In this document: piece after piece, positions 12,126 to 24,356 of the stretch
How positions within the stretch are numbered: the first letter of the stretch is position 1
How the letters are laid out: each line of letters begins with the position of its first letter
Assembly (NCBI RefSeq): GCF_001194135.2
Contig: NC_068989.1
Location: forward strand, 70,762,191 to 70,826,190
Source of the DNA: Octopus bimaculoides
Taxonomy: Eukaryota
Reading direction: 5' to 3'
Length of the DNA: 64,000 bases
Notes under the pieces: generated by a model
What the model saw: the letters and a program-made list of their open reading frames with translations, nothing else
Databases searched by the model: none
Told to the model about the DNA's origin: nothing
Translations under genes and position numbers: made by a program

Positions 12126-14209
12126 GTAGATGTGTATAGGTGTGTATATGTTTGTTTTTTTGACTTTACATCATGTCGTAGTTGTAAATGAGTGTCTCAG
12201 TCATAAAAACAGTGCCGTTTGTTTCCAATCTTCTACAAAAATCATGTCCAATCATAAGGAAATGTTACCCTGTTTGGAAACAGGTTGGCAACAGGAAGGA
12301 CAGCCAACCATAGAAAATTGGTCTGAACAAATTCCATCCTACCCATGCAAACATGTAAAGGTGGAAGTTAAAATATTGATTTCAAATTTTGGCACAAGGC
12401 CAGCAATTTCAGGTGAGTGGGGAAGTCAGTTACATCAATGCCAAAATGATGAACAGCAAAGTCAATCTTGGCAGAATTTGAACTCAGAATGTAAAGACAG
12501 ATGAAATGCGCTTGGCATGCTAACAGTTCAGCCAGCTGTCACCTTAGCAAATGTTAAAATATTGATAATGATAATAAGTTGATGCAGAATAAGTCCCATT
12601 TAAATTTTTACAAAGACTAGTTTGTCCCCTGTTAAATTTTCAGTGAAATTACTAAAAATAAAAGGCAGGGACTTCATCATCATCATCATTTAATGTCTGT
12701 CTTCTATGCTGGATGGTTTGATTGAAAACTGGTGAGCTAGAGAGTTGCACCAGGTTCCAATCTGATTTGGCATGGTTTCTATGGCTGGATATCCTTCTTA
12801 ATGCCAACCACTTTACAGAGAGTAATGGGTACTTTTTACATGCCACTGGCACAGGTGCCAGTTGCATAACACTGGCATCGGCCACGCGTATGATCTCACT
12901 TGGCTTGACAGGTCTTCTCAAGCACAGTATATTGCCAAAGGTCTTGTATAATAAAATTATTCTAGTCCCTGACACACCATCAGTCATGTTTCTGCTCATT
13001 GATAACATAATAGGCTACTTGTATTCAAATCCTGACAAAGGATTTTCTTTTAAATGTTTTTAAATTTGGACCTAATGCACCTGGTTTAAATATTTTATTT
13101 CTCAGAAAAATCACAAATCTTCTAAACATTGAACAACCCCACTCCCTGCTGTAGTGTCCTAATGTGAGGTCACAATATCCTCAAGAGATAGGGAGAGCTA
13201 CTGTTCAGTTGAAAAAAAAAAAGAAGAAAAAACCCAATTCTTTTCAAGCCTCATTATAATATTGGTATTGCACCTGCAGCTCTCGCACATTTATTGTGAA
13301 TATGTAATCTTAAGATTTAGGGTTTTAAAATTCCCTTCTCCAATTTTTTTAAAGATGGCATTTTTTTTTAAGGAGATTTGGTTGTTAGTTTCTTTAAGCA
13401 GTTTGAATATGATTATATGGAAGGAGAAGTTTTCCTTGATCTTTCCTTATCAGCAAGTGTGAGACATGTGAGTATGTGTGTATATATACAGTAGAAGTAA
13501 TATATCAAGAGGAAAGATATACAATGTAAAGACTAGATGATGATTAAGTCTGCCTTAGTACAGGAAAACTCAGCTGTATGTCATCTTTGAATTTAATCAG
13601 TCTGTCACAGGTGAGAAATTATTACAAAAAAAAAAGGAAAAAAGGAAAAACACACCAAAAAAAAATCCTCTAAATCATCATTTATTATAATAAGGATTTT
13701 CTTTAATCCTTCTTCCACCTCTTTTATATAAAATCATTCTTGCATCTGCATTTGTTTTCATAAAATGTATTTGGATTTCTATTTGCAGTGAGTACATGTG
13801 CGTATATAGGCACATATATATATGAGCATATGCACATATGTATCTTGTGTTGTGTGTATGATGCATGTGCACAGATCAAACGAAACAAACAAAATGTTGT
13901 TTACAAAACATTGAGATCGAAGCTATTATTAAGTAGATAAGCCTTCCTAAACCTCCTGGCTGATTGTACAAGGAGAAATTAGTCACTTTAAATCATGTGG
14001 ATATAAGACGGGCTAATCTGGGGAATTTAAAACCATACTTTGTTCAATGAAACAGGTGGTTGGTGAGATATAACTCACCACCTACACCACCACCACTGAT
14101 CTACAATGCTTTATATTGATTCAGTTATAAATCATTTGGACAGGTGATGAGTTCAAAAAACCATTTCATTGGATACCCTTTTTTGCTGCTCATATTTTAC
14201 ATCCTATTA

Positions 14210-14495
14210 AGGTGGTGAGCTGGCAGAATCGTTAGCACACCAGGCAAAATGTTTAGTGACATTTCATCCGTCTTTAAGTTCTGAGTTCAAATTCCGTCAA
14301 GGTTGACTTTGCTTTTCATCCTTTTTGGGGCTACGCTGTACACTCTAAAAAGTGTTTGGCATTAGGAAGGGCATCCAGCTTTAGAAACCATGGCAAAAGA
14401 GACTATGGAACCTGGTGTGGACCCTGGCCTTGTCAGTTCCTATCAAACCATCCAACCCATGCCAGTATGGAAAATGGTTGTTAAATGTTGATGAT

Positions 14496-14497
<2 letters not shown>
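14210..14497 (+). mobile_element. Family B head joined directly to a family C 3' end
   Basis: ggtgagctggcagaatcgttagcac..catccttttt is followed immediately by gtacactctaaaaagtgtttggcattaggaagggcatccagc..gttaaatgttgatga. Confidence 0.75.
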
Positions 14498-14527
<30 letters not shown>

Positions 14528-14969
14528 CACCCAAACAAGGAGGTGTTCTTTCAGTGTGCATCTAGCAGATTCAATCATAAGGCTTTGAAAGGCTTCAGGC
14601 TTTAGTAGAAGACACTTACCCAAGGTGCCACACAGTGGGACTGAACCCAAAACCATGTGGTTAGGAAGCAAACTTCTTAACCACACAGCCATGCCTATAT
14701 CTATATATAATCAAATAAAGCCACTACCACCACCAACTCTTACTGGCATTTATTTTATTAGCTTTGATAAAATGAAAAAGGAATCAGAAAATATCTCAGC
14801 TCTAATGAGCTGTTGGCTCTCTGCAAAGTTTGGATAAATCCACAATGGAATATTGCTTCAACATCTGAGAATAGTATTACATTGTGACACACATATACAC
14901 ACTCACATGTATGTACGCACACACACATACTAGGCTACATCTAGAAGAAAGCCATCTAACTGCCTGGTA

Positions 14970-15107
14970 TGCATACTTCATGGTTACTACTATAATTACT
15001 GCCATTCCAACTGGTATTAAAGTATTTAGATTATTAACAACTATCTACGGATATCCTGTTAAATATTCTTCCACCTATATCATGACCACTAAGATTTATT
15101 TCCCTGT
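14970..15107 (+). pseudogene. cox1: NUMT: nuclear copy of a mitochondrial cox1 fragment
   Basis: In the invertebrate mitochondrial code it reads [33 protein letters not shown](+1)PPMSWPLSFISL. This matches the conserved COX1 segment [41 protein letters not shown], with one frameshift. Confidence 0.9.
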
Positions 15108-15374
15108 AAAAAAAAAAAAGGAAAAAAAAAAACTGACCTACCAAAACACACATAGCAAACTCTGGTTTATGAACCTGCTGTCTCTTCATGGTCTATTGCA
15201 TACTTTTAAAGTGATCAGTTTCTTTGGACTAGCATATTGCAAACCAACTGTTTCATCATTTCAAGCAAGTTCTGTGATTTTTAAACACAGAAATCTCCTT
15301 GAGATTTTTGGATTTGGTTTGCAAGATTCTTTATGTCAGTTTGTGTGTTGAAGCATATTCTGTTATGTCTGGGG

Positions 15375-15615
15375 AGAGTCGTGCCTTATAATTTAACACA
15401 CTCACTTGTAAAGTTTCCACTCATTTATTTATTTTAAAAAAATTTTCGTTGTGTCTTGCAACCTTTTCAATAGTTGTTGGCTGTCTGGACAGGAGCAACA
15501 ACTAGTGAAAAGGCTGCAAGATGCAATGAAAATTCTAGAAAAATAAATAAGTAAATGAGTGGAAACTTTACAAGTGAGTGTGTTAAATTATAAGGCTCTC
15601 AAAGAGAATGACTCT
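15375..15615. repeat. Fold-back (palindromic) element, MITE-like
   Basis: Arms 15383-15479 and 15496-15596 are reverse complements (e.g. ccttataatttaacacactcacttgtaaagtttccactcattta / taaatgagtggaaactttacaagtgagtgtgttaaattataagg), with a 16-nt spacer. Confidence 0.9.
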
Positions 15616-15669
15616 TTGAGATGTTTCTTTCCAATAAAATATTACAGCTAATGCCATTCCACATTTGTA

Positions 15670-15979
15670 AACTGGCACTCCATTGGTTATGCTGACGAGG
15701 GTTCCGGTGGGTATGGTCAACAGAACATCCTACTTATGAATCTAATGTGCAAGTGGTTCAGCACTCCACAGACATACAGTTCTGAAGGAGATTAAAAGTG
15801 ACACAGAATGTGACAAGGCTAGGCTTTTGAAAACCAGACACTACATATTTTTGCCAGCTGAGTGAACTAGAGCAATTGAAATAAAGTGTTTTGCTCAAGG
15901 ACACAAAATGTCATCAGGAATTGAACTCACAACCTTACAGTCGTGAGCTGAATACCCTAACCAGTAAGCCATGAACCTT
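15670..15979 (-). mobile_element. tRNA-headed CORE-like SINE with 15-bp TSD
   Basis: Exact TSD CATTCCACATTTGTA at 15655-15669 and 15980-15994; tRNA-like head; ccttgagcaaaacacttt middle. Confidence 0.9.
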
Positions 15980-16192
15980 CATTCCACATTTGTATATACA
16001 CTATAAATATTACACACACTGGCATTTTAATCTAAGGCTTCGAGTGCATATATTAATTTGATTAACTTAATTCACAACACACCAGACATTAACAGAGTGA
16101 ACAATAACAGATTTGCAATTAAGAATAACCATAAAAACAGACATAGAAGCCATATCTTTAACCTTTTCTAAGCACAAAATACACAGCCTTAC

Positions 16193-16240
16193 CATTAACT
16201 GCTATATGAAGCCAGTGTTTCAAACAGAATTTAACAAAAG
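16193..16240 (-). CDS. Weak candidate exon (FVKFCLKHWLHIAVN)
   Basis: Strong donor ATG|GTAAGG. Coding use needs a weak AAG acceptor; the stronger acceptor ending at 16292 gives stops in all frames, so it may be a UTR exon. Confidence 0.2.
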
Positions 16241-16659
16241 CTTTTTATAGAAGACTAAGCAGCAGTAACCAGCTCTGCCTGGATTTATTAACTAAAATAA
16301 ATACAATCATGTGAATTCACTATATTCTGAATTAAATTGCTTAAAAAAATTTTTTTTAATGATGCTGACAATGTTCAGTTGGTCTGGAAATGTTGACTAA
16401 ATTTAGAACTGTTGTATTCAGAAGATGATTCAAACTGAACTTCATAAGAATGCACAAAAATAATAAAGAAAGAAGCCTAGATGCTAAAATAAAATTTTAC
16501 TCTTTACTGTTTTCCTAAGTAAAAAAAAAAAAAATAAGTATGTGTTTCTTCTATATTTTGGGTGTTTTTTCCCCCCCCTATATTTTGGAGGGGTTTTTTT
16601 CTTCAAATTATAATACTTATTTAAATAATTACCCTAAATGAATATGAATGTACATAGCC

Positions 16660-16880
16660 AAGTGGTTATGAGTGTTGCCCTCACAATTGCAAGATCATGG
16701 TTTCAATTCCTGGACTGGGCAGTGCATTGTGTTCTTGAGCAAAACATTTTGTTTCATGATGCTACAGTCCACTCAGCTGTAAATGAGTAATCCTGAAACA
16801 GATTGGTGTTCTGTCCAGTGGAAACGCTGTGATCTGGGTCACTTATAAGCTATGGAAACTGGGCAACCAACCCTATGATT
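16660..16880 (+). mobile_element. tRNA-headed CORE-like SINE with a different 3' module
   Basis: agccaagtggtt..ggtttcaattcctgg..gttcttgagcaaaaca..gtccactcagctgtaaatgagta. A related reverse copy lies at about 27715-27850. Confidence 0.7.
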
Positions 16881-17392
16881 CCTAAGAACTTAATGCTTTT
16901 GTAAAAAGAAACCGATAGAATGGGTACCAGATTTAGAAAAAAATAAGTACTTGGGTTGATTTGCTCAACTAAACCATTCAGTGCCCCCAGAATGACCAGA
17001 GTCCACTGATTAAAACATAAACACTAAAAAAAAAAAAGTTTTAATGTGAACACTTTAAAACAGGTTGGGTTTGTAATGGAAGAGCAGAAGCAAGTTGATA
17101 CTGAAAGTTAATGGTATACAATAAGAACATTGGCAGAACAAAATGTGTAGTTAAATTCTTGAATTGATGGCTTATATAAAAGACTTTTTTTTCTACCAGA
17201 AGTATATCTGGTTTCTTGAATATGACCCTTACTCTGCATGTGTATCAGGTAATTGCTATACAATCATCATCATCACCACTTTAATGTCTACTTTTCCATA
17301 CTTGCATGGGTCAGACAAGAGTACATGGGGGAAGATTTTCTATGGACAGATGCCCTTCTTGACACCAACTCTGAAGTGAGGTAATGAATTAC

Positions 17393-17440
17393 CAGTCTAT
17401 TGAAACAAAAGACAGCCCCCGGACATGGTTACATGAGAAC
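17393..17440 (-). other. Candidate 48-nt exon (coding FSCNHVRGLSFVSID, or UTR)
   Basis: Acceptor catttattttag and donor CTG|GTAATT. Confidence 0.25.
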
Positions 17441-20099
17441 CTAAAATAAATGACACCGTTTGAAGAAGACTGTTGCTTACAAAGATTGCACAAGTTAAGA
17501 GATATTGAGGAGCTTGGACATGCTTTCATGGTAGACAGCATGCAAACAATGTCTGACACCATGAGAGAAACTTTGTTTACATCCAGCAAACCCACATGAA
17601 ATTACAGGATATAGAAAGTCACATGCACACACAAACACTCATAGATACACACACATATCTAAACAAGAGTTTATTTCAGTTTCTATCTACCAAATCCACT
17701 CAATATTTTGGTCTACATAGTGCTATGGTAAAAGACATTTGTCCAAAGTGCTACACAGTGGGACTGAACCTGAAACCATGGGGTTGTGAAACAAGCTTCT
17801 TAACCACACAGCCATGCTTGTTTGTAAACTACATATACATATATTTTCCCTATTTATATTTTCACTGTTTTCCACTATTATTCCAGCTTGTTTAATTCCA
17901 GCTTCATGCTGATATGTCTATTTTGGTACCGCTGTGACATTGCAAAATAAATTGTTGAAAGACAGCTTAAAAATAAAGATTGCAAGAATTTTTAATTTGA
18001 AGGTCATTACAACATTGACAATTTTGGTTTCCATATATTAAGTGTTGCTAGTAACTGTTAAAGAGATTTAGTTTCAACACACTGATTCCCAACTATGTGT
18101 GACCAAGTGGCCTAAAAAATGTGGAAACAATGAAAAAATTAGATAAAAACAGAACTCATCCACCAAAAAGAAAAAAAATAAATAAACAAAAATATTTTAC
18201 AATAGGCGCAGGCATGGCTGTGTGGTAAGAAGCTTGCTTCCCAACTACATGGAACCTTGGTCAAGTGTCTTCACCTATAGCTTCGGACCAACCAAACTCT
18301 TCTGAGTGGATTTGGTAGACAGAAACTAAAAGAAACCTGTTGTGTGTGTGTGTGTGTGTGTGTTTGTCCCCATCACCACTTGACAACTGGTGTTGGTGTG
18401 TTTATGTCCTTGTAACTTGACAGTTTGGTAACAGGCTTTAAAAAAAAAAAAAAAAACAGGGGAAAGTTTCTTCAAAGTGCCCCAGCATTGTTACAGTCTA
18501 ATGTATGAAACAAGATAAAAGATATTTGATAGCATAATATATTAGATGCACCCTAAATTTATCAGTACATATCCAGAGAAAACATCTTTTAGTGCATTAA
18601 ATATAATAAGCCCAGTGTTGCATATAGGATGTTGGATAATTTTTGAAGATATTTCTTTGGAGAAAAAAAGTGTACCTTATGTGCCCATCAATAAGCTCAA
18701 AATACATTTTTCATAATTTAACCCTTTTGATACCAACCTGACTAGGACTGCTTGTGTGATTCTATGATACGAATTTCATGTAAAGTGAGATATGTTAAAA
18801 CCTTCCATCAAAAATTTCATATTAATTTCTGTTTCAAACACCAGCTTAATAACGAAGGACTAAGTTATTTTACTAAACTCATCATTAGTAAATCTGCTTC
18901 AACAAATTCCATTTAACTGACAAGACGGAGAGAAAAATGAAGTGGAAGGAAAACAGAAAAGAGATAAACATAAAAAAGCATATGACCGAGAGAGAGAGAC
19001 AGACAGACAAACAGACAGAGAGAGAAAGAGCTAGAGAAAGAGATATAGAGAAACAGAGTGATAGACTCCTCAACTGCTTAAGAGTTCAAAAACATGAGAT
19101 GAGATGAACCTTACTATATCACAAGACTTATTGCTGACAGCAGTTGGATGAGAAAGGGGTTGAAAAACTAAAAGAGACAAATCTCGAAAAGCAAGTTCAA
19201 TAACTAACTGCTTAGAGTATTGATGCTGAAGATAAAGAATTTAGTAAAATACGTTATCTGACTTCTAAAAGTGAAGGTCATATGTCGAATCAAACACTAG
19301 CAAGATAAATGAGATTTAGGCAGCAATATTTTCATACTAACATGATGTCATAAAATTCAGATTCTTAAATTCATAACGTGACTACAAACACACACATATA
19401 TGCACATACAGATTTGCAAAAGCAAAATGGCTGTATATAGATGTTGTGAAGGCAATAAATAAAAACAAAGAAAAAGTTATTTTTAACAGTGGTACTTGAA
19501 GCAGTAAAAGCTATAAATACTAGCAAGTAGAATATTGGGTTAAAAAACCCCTTGGATAAATATTTAGTCAAAGGCTGCCACTGGGACATGAAACAATATT
19601 AGCTATAAATGTGACAGACATTCTACCATTATATCAAAGCAACCCTTTGAATTTTCCCCTTCCTTCTTTGAAGCTCTGTTCTTACCAGAAAGTACTGCAT
19701 GATGTTTACATCATAAGAATTTAGAAACAAAGAAGCAAAAATGACAACCCAAGGACAACAAAAACTATTAATTTAAAACTTAAAAATTGATGGGAAAGAG
19801 TTAATATTTTGGGTGCAAGTCCTTCATTAGAGGGAAAGTATGCAAGAGAAGTAAAGGAGAGGTGTGAAAGAGGACAGTGGTTAAGTAGAAAAAAATAAAA
19901 TGGATAAGGGTTCAGATGGTAAGTAGACATGCTATTTTAATTGGGTAGGAAAGAGGGGTAACTGAGTGTGTGTACAAGTGTTGGAGTGTATCCCTGTTTT
20001 GAGATAGCTAGGTATTCTAAGCAGAACAATAGAACATTGCTTCACCTGACTGTTGAGGGACTTGTGTTGGATGCTGTGAAAAAAAAAAAATCAATAGAG

Positions 20100-20460
20100 C
20101 TAGCCTCCCATCGATGGATACTACATGCTGCATGAACTCTCTGCAACAAGCTCTACTCACAAGATGTCTAAGACGGCTTGGCCATATTCTCCATCAGCCT
20201 CTAGGGGAATTCATTCACAAGGCAGTGAACTCAACTCCTCTTCCAGGTTGGTGCAAATGAGTTGGAGGACAACTGAAGATGTGGCTGGCAATGGTAAGGA
20301 CAAATAGGCCCCCAACCCCGTGACTATGGTCTTCAGCAGTGGAACCAGGAATGGATATCCATTATAGCCTTGACTGTGGCTGACCGTCAGATGTGGTCAG
20401 CATTCATAAGGGACATGGTGAACTCGCTGGTCAGAACTCACCCCAGCAAATGCTGTTGCA
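20100..20460 (+). mobile_element. RTE-clade LINE, decayed 3' end
   Basis: RLGHILHQPLGEFIH..TPLPGWCK*VGGQLKMW and DRQMWSAFIRDMVNS resemble RTE ORF C-termini (WLGH..R..GGQLKTW..DRRAWSASIRDVVN). Confidence 0.8.
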
Positions 20461-21196
20461 TGGAATTTACCGTTTTAAGTAAGCATGGGCTAAACAAGAG
20501 AGGAAAAGACAAGAAAGTAGGACACCACCTGATCATAAAATTTATACTGTTTCAGTTCATCTAGCTGTTAGGGTAGGTGCCACGGCCATGCTGAGACTCA
20601 GTCTTGATATCAATTAAAAAGAGGAAATATATCTCTCTATGCCATCCTACATTTGATCCAACTCCAGTGGAAATATTTGTTAACAACGCATCTGAGATCA
20701 CATATTCATTCCCTGAGTCAACAAGGGAGCCTATAAGTGGGCTCTCACTCCGCTAGAAATAGCAGCCAAATCTCCCTGAAATAATATCCTACAGGTCTTT
20801 TTAATAAAAAGCAGGAATATGTTTGACAAAACAAAAAGTAGTTAGCTCCCTCCTTGATAAACAAAAATGATGAAATGATCATGGCTGGAATGCCTTTGAT
20901 CATAAGCCTGCAAAGATCATGACTGGCCTGGGGCTAAAAAAAACAACAACAACAACAACAACGACAATTGTCACCATCATAACCAAATGAAAATTGAGCT
21001 TTTAACACGACAAGGATCAATAAGGCTAATGGGTAATGAAAGAACATTAGTCATTTCAAAAGTAATGGAACATGGAATTTACCGTTTTAAGTAAGCAGGA
21101 ACTGAAGAGGGGAAAAGACAAAATATTCTTTTCCTTGCCTATTCCTGGTGGTAATCTGTTATGCTTCCTACTTGATTCAATATTTGTTAGCTTATA

Positions 21197-21214
21197 ATGT
21201 TATTAATAATAATA

Positions 21215-21289
<75 letters not shown>

Positions 21290-21290
21290 T
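21197..21290. repeat. (AAT)n microsatellite
   Basis: Directly visible. Confidence 0.98.
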
Positions 21291-21614
21291 TGTTATTACA
21301 ATCATCTTTACAACTATTTTTTGAAAGGCTAAAGATTCAGAGAGATAGGGGGAGGGGGAGGAAAAGTGATAAAGGGGAAATATTTTTTTGTTATTTTTGT
21401 GTTTTAAATTAACAAATAATTGGGTTTTCTTTTCTTTTTTTTCTTTCTTTTGGCTTCAAAAAAAAAAAAAAATCAATTGATCCAGGATTTTATTTTTATT
21501 CCTGAAAGTAGGAATTAAAGCAAATTCTGAAGCTCGGAAAATTTTTCACTACCCATGCTGCTGACCCCCACCCCCGACCATCCCATCCCTTACTATATAC
21601 ACAGTCTGTTGAAA

Positions 21615-22045
21615 AGAAAGAACAGAGGGTGAGAGACAGAGACAGAGACAGAGGAGAGTAGGGAGAGAAAGTGAAGGGGAGGGAGGAGAAAGAGAAAAGA
21701 ATGAAGAGAGGGGAAGAGAGAGAGAGAGAGAGAATGAGAAAGAGAGTAAGAGGGGTGAGGGAAAGAGAAAGAAATAATGAGAAAGAGTAAAGAGGGAGAG
21801 AGATATAGTGAATGAGAAAGAGTAAGAAAGAGTGAGAGAAAGATTGAGAGAGTAAAGAGAGGGAGAAATACAGTGAAGGAGAGAGTGAAAAAGAGAAAGA
21901 TTGGGAGTAAACAGAGAGGGGGAGATACAGTGAAGGAGAGAGAGAGAACGAGAAAAACAAGTAAGAGAGAGAGAGAAAGAAATAATAAGAGAGTAGAGAG
22001 GGGGAGGGAGAGACAGTGAAGGACAGAGTGAGAGAGAGAGAGTGC
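21615..22045. repeat. Long purine-rich GA low-complexity tract
   Basis: About 430 bp, almost all A/G on the plus strand. Confidence 0.95.
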
Positions 22046-24356
22046 TCTCTGTGATCAACATTAGTTTTGTTTGTTTTTGTTTTATCTTTGAAAACAAAAC
22101 CTGCTACAACCAATAATAAACGCCCAGAATCAATAGATGCTGCTTAACAAAGCAAATATAATTTCATTTTTAGAGAGAATATTGGCAAGTATTTCGCAGT
22201 GTCTTTCTAAAATAGTTTTTAAGGGTTAGAAAGGAAAGGGAGGAAAGTAAGGCATATAGGGCCCCTTATTATTTTCAAGCTTTCTTAACTGGTTAAAAGA
22301 AAGAAATATGAAAAGAAGTGGTGGGGAGGGGGTGGCTCAAGGAGAAGGGAAGAAAGAGAATAAAAAGAATGAAAATCCTTTTTTTTTTTTTCTTTCTTTT
22401 TTTAACAAATAAATTCCAGAGAGGAAAAAAAAAACAAAAGAACCCTGTTTCAAGCTATTTGAGAATAAGAAATCCAAGAAAAGTGTGTTTGCCATTAAGC
22501 GCTAGGGATTAAACAGAGAGACAAAGGAAAAAAAAATTCTGAAGACTAAGTGAGACAAATAGATAGATAGATAGATAGATAGATAGAGACAGAATGAAAG
22601 AGAGAGAGAGAGAGAGAGATAAGAGAGGATGAGGTGGAGAAAAAGAAATTGTGGGTGATGGTAAGGAATGATTGGTGGTAAGAGGAAAATTTTAAAATAA
22701 AATAAGAAACTACGAAAAAAAGAAACAAAAAAACAGTGAGGTGATAAAATATGTCAAGTTTGATTTTCGTTTGAATCTTTTCAAATGAAGCCTTCTACAA
22801 GTTTCTTTTAAAAGACAAAAAATGAAATTCCTCCCACCCATCACTGCCACCACCAGTTGAAAAATTAGTCACAAATGAAAGAAATGGAAAAAAGACAAAA
22901 ATAAGAAGTATGCTACCACAACTACTGCTACTGCTCACGAAGCAATTAGAATAATGCCAAGTTTATGATACTTAGCAAGTGTCAATGACAGCTAGTGACA
23001 GTCAGTGACAGCCGACAACAAAGACAACTAGTGACGGTCAACATGAAAGACAGCTAGTCATGGTCAACAACAGCCAGGAACAGTCAATGACAATCAAACA
23101 ACACTATCAACAACAGTAATAGTGAACAAAAGTCAGTAAGTTAAACAATAGTGAACAACAGTCAACAATGGTCAACAGTGAACAACTGCAGTCAATATAG
23201 AACATGATGCATTTCAGAATCAACTATCTCTTTGACAATCCACTCTAAAGAAAATAATTTGTCATTTAATCTCAGATCAACTCTAACCAGATTCTTGATC
23301 AAAAAAAAAAAAAACCCCTCCAAACTGTGACCATCTCAACATTTAGAGTTACATTATCTAATGTTTGTCACGTTTTGTTTTCTTTCTAAAAATACTAGGG
23401 TGTGATTTGAGGGAGATTTGGCTGTCGTTTCCAACAGACTGAGTGGTCACATAGGCATTTCAATGTCGCATGTAGTGAGGGGAGTGGTTGGAGGGAAACA
23501 CTATACTAAATACAGTACAATATTCAGTCTCAACCCAGTTTTTTCAGAGCTCAAATGACACAAAAGTTAACTTAAGTTTCTATCATCCTTCTACAATTGA
23601 CGAATATAGATTCAAATATATATCAATTACAAACTCATCCAAAAATAAATTGGATGACTTTTACCTAAAAAAAGATATTGTTGGACACAGAGGTGACTTT
23701 GTTATTGTTAGGCCTAGCTCATCGTAAAGCAAATACCCACCTGAGATATATCCAGATTACAGTGGAAAAGACAAAGAGCAATGGCTAGAAGAAATGGCTA
23801 GAAGAAATGGCTAGAGTGAAATCTGATAACCAGGTGATCTTGCAGGCAGGGCCTCATTTCAGTGAGGGGGGCAGTGATGATGCAATGTTGTTGTTGGGAG
23901 GTAGGCCCCGAAATTGCAAGCATTCTCTCCTGATGTCCCCATAAAATCGCTAACGTCTAGTGTGCAGAGCTTTCAACTGGTAGCACTTGCAAAAAAATAT
24001 TAAAAAAATAATAGCTGATACAGATGTTGGTTGGTTGGTTGATTGATTGATTTCTATAATTACACTGTACATGAGAGAGAGAGAAATAAAATGAGATAGA
24101 GAGTTAACATAAGAGGTACAGGATGAGCGCACTCTGCTCACAAGGCTTTGGCCAGTCAGGCTAAAGTACAAGTCACTACCCCAAATTTGTCACAGAATAG
24201 GACTGAACCTGATACCACATGGTTGGGAAGCAAGTTTCTTAACCATACAGCAATTCTAGCACATAATTACAAACACAAAAAAACTATTCTCGGCAATCAA
24301 TATATGACCAAGTTAAATATTCACAAATAACAGCAACCATACACACACACATTTAT

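Noticed and set aside
13397-13612. Plus-strand exon-like segments (QFEYDYMEGEVFLDLSLSA; YRKTQLYVIFEFNQSVT), and 4605-4640
   Set aside because: Weak splice sites and no consistent, recognisable joined product.
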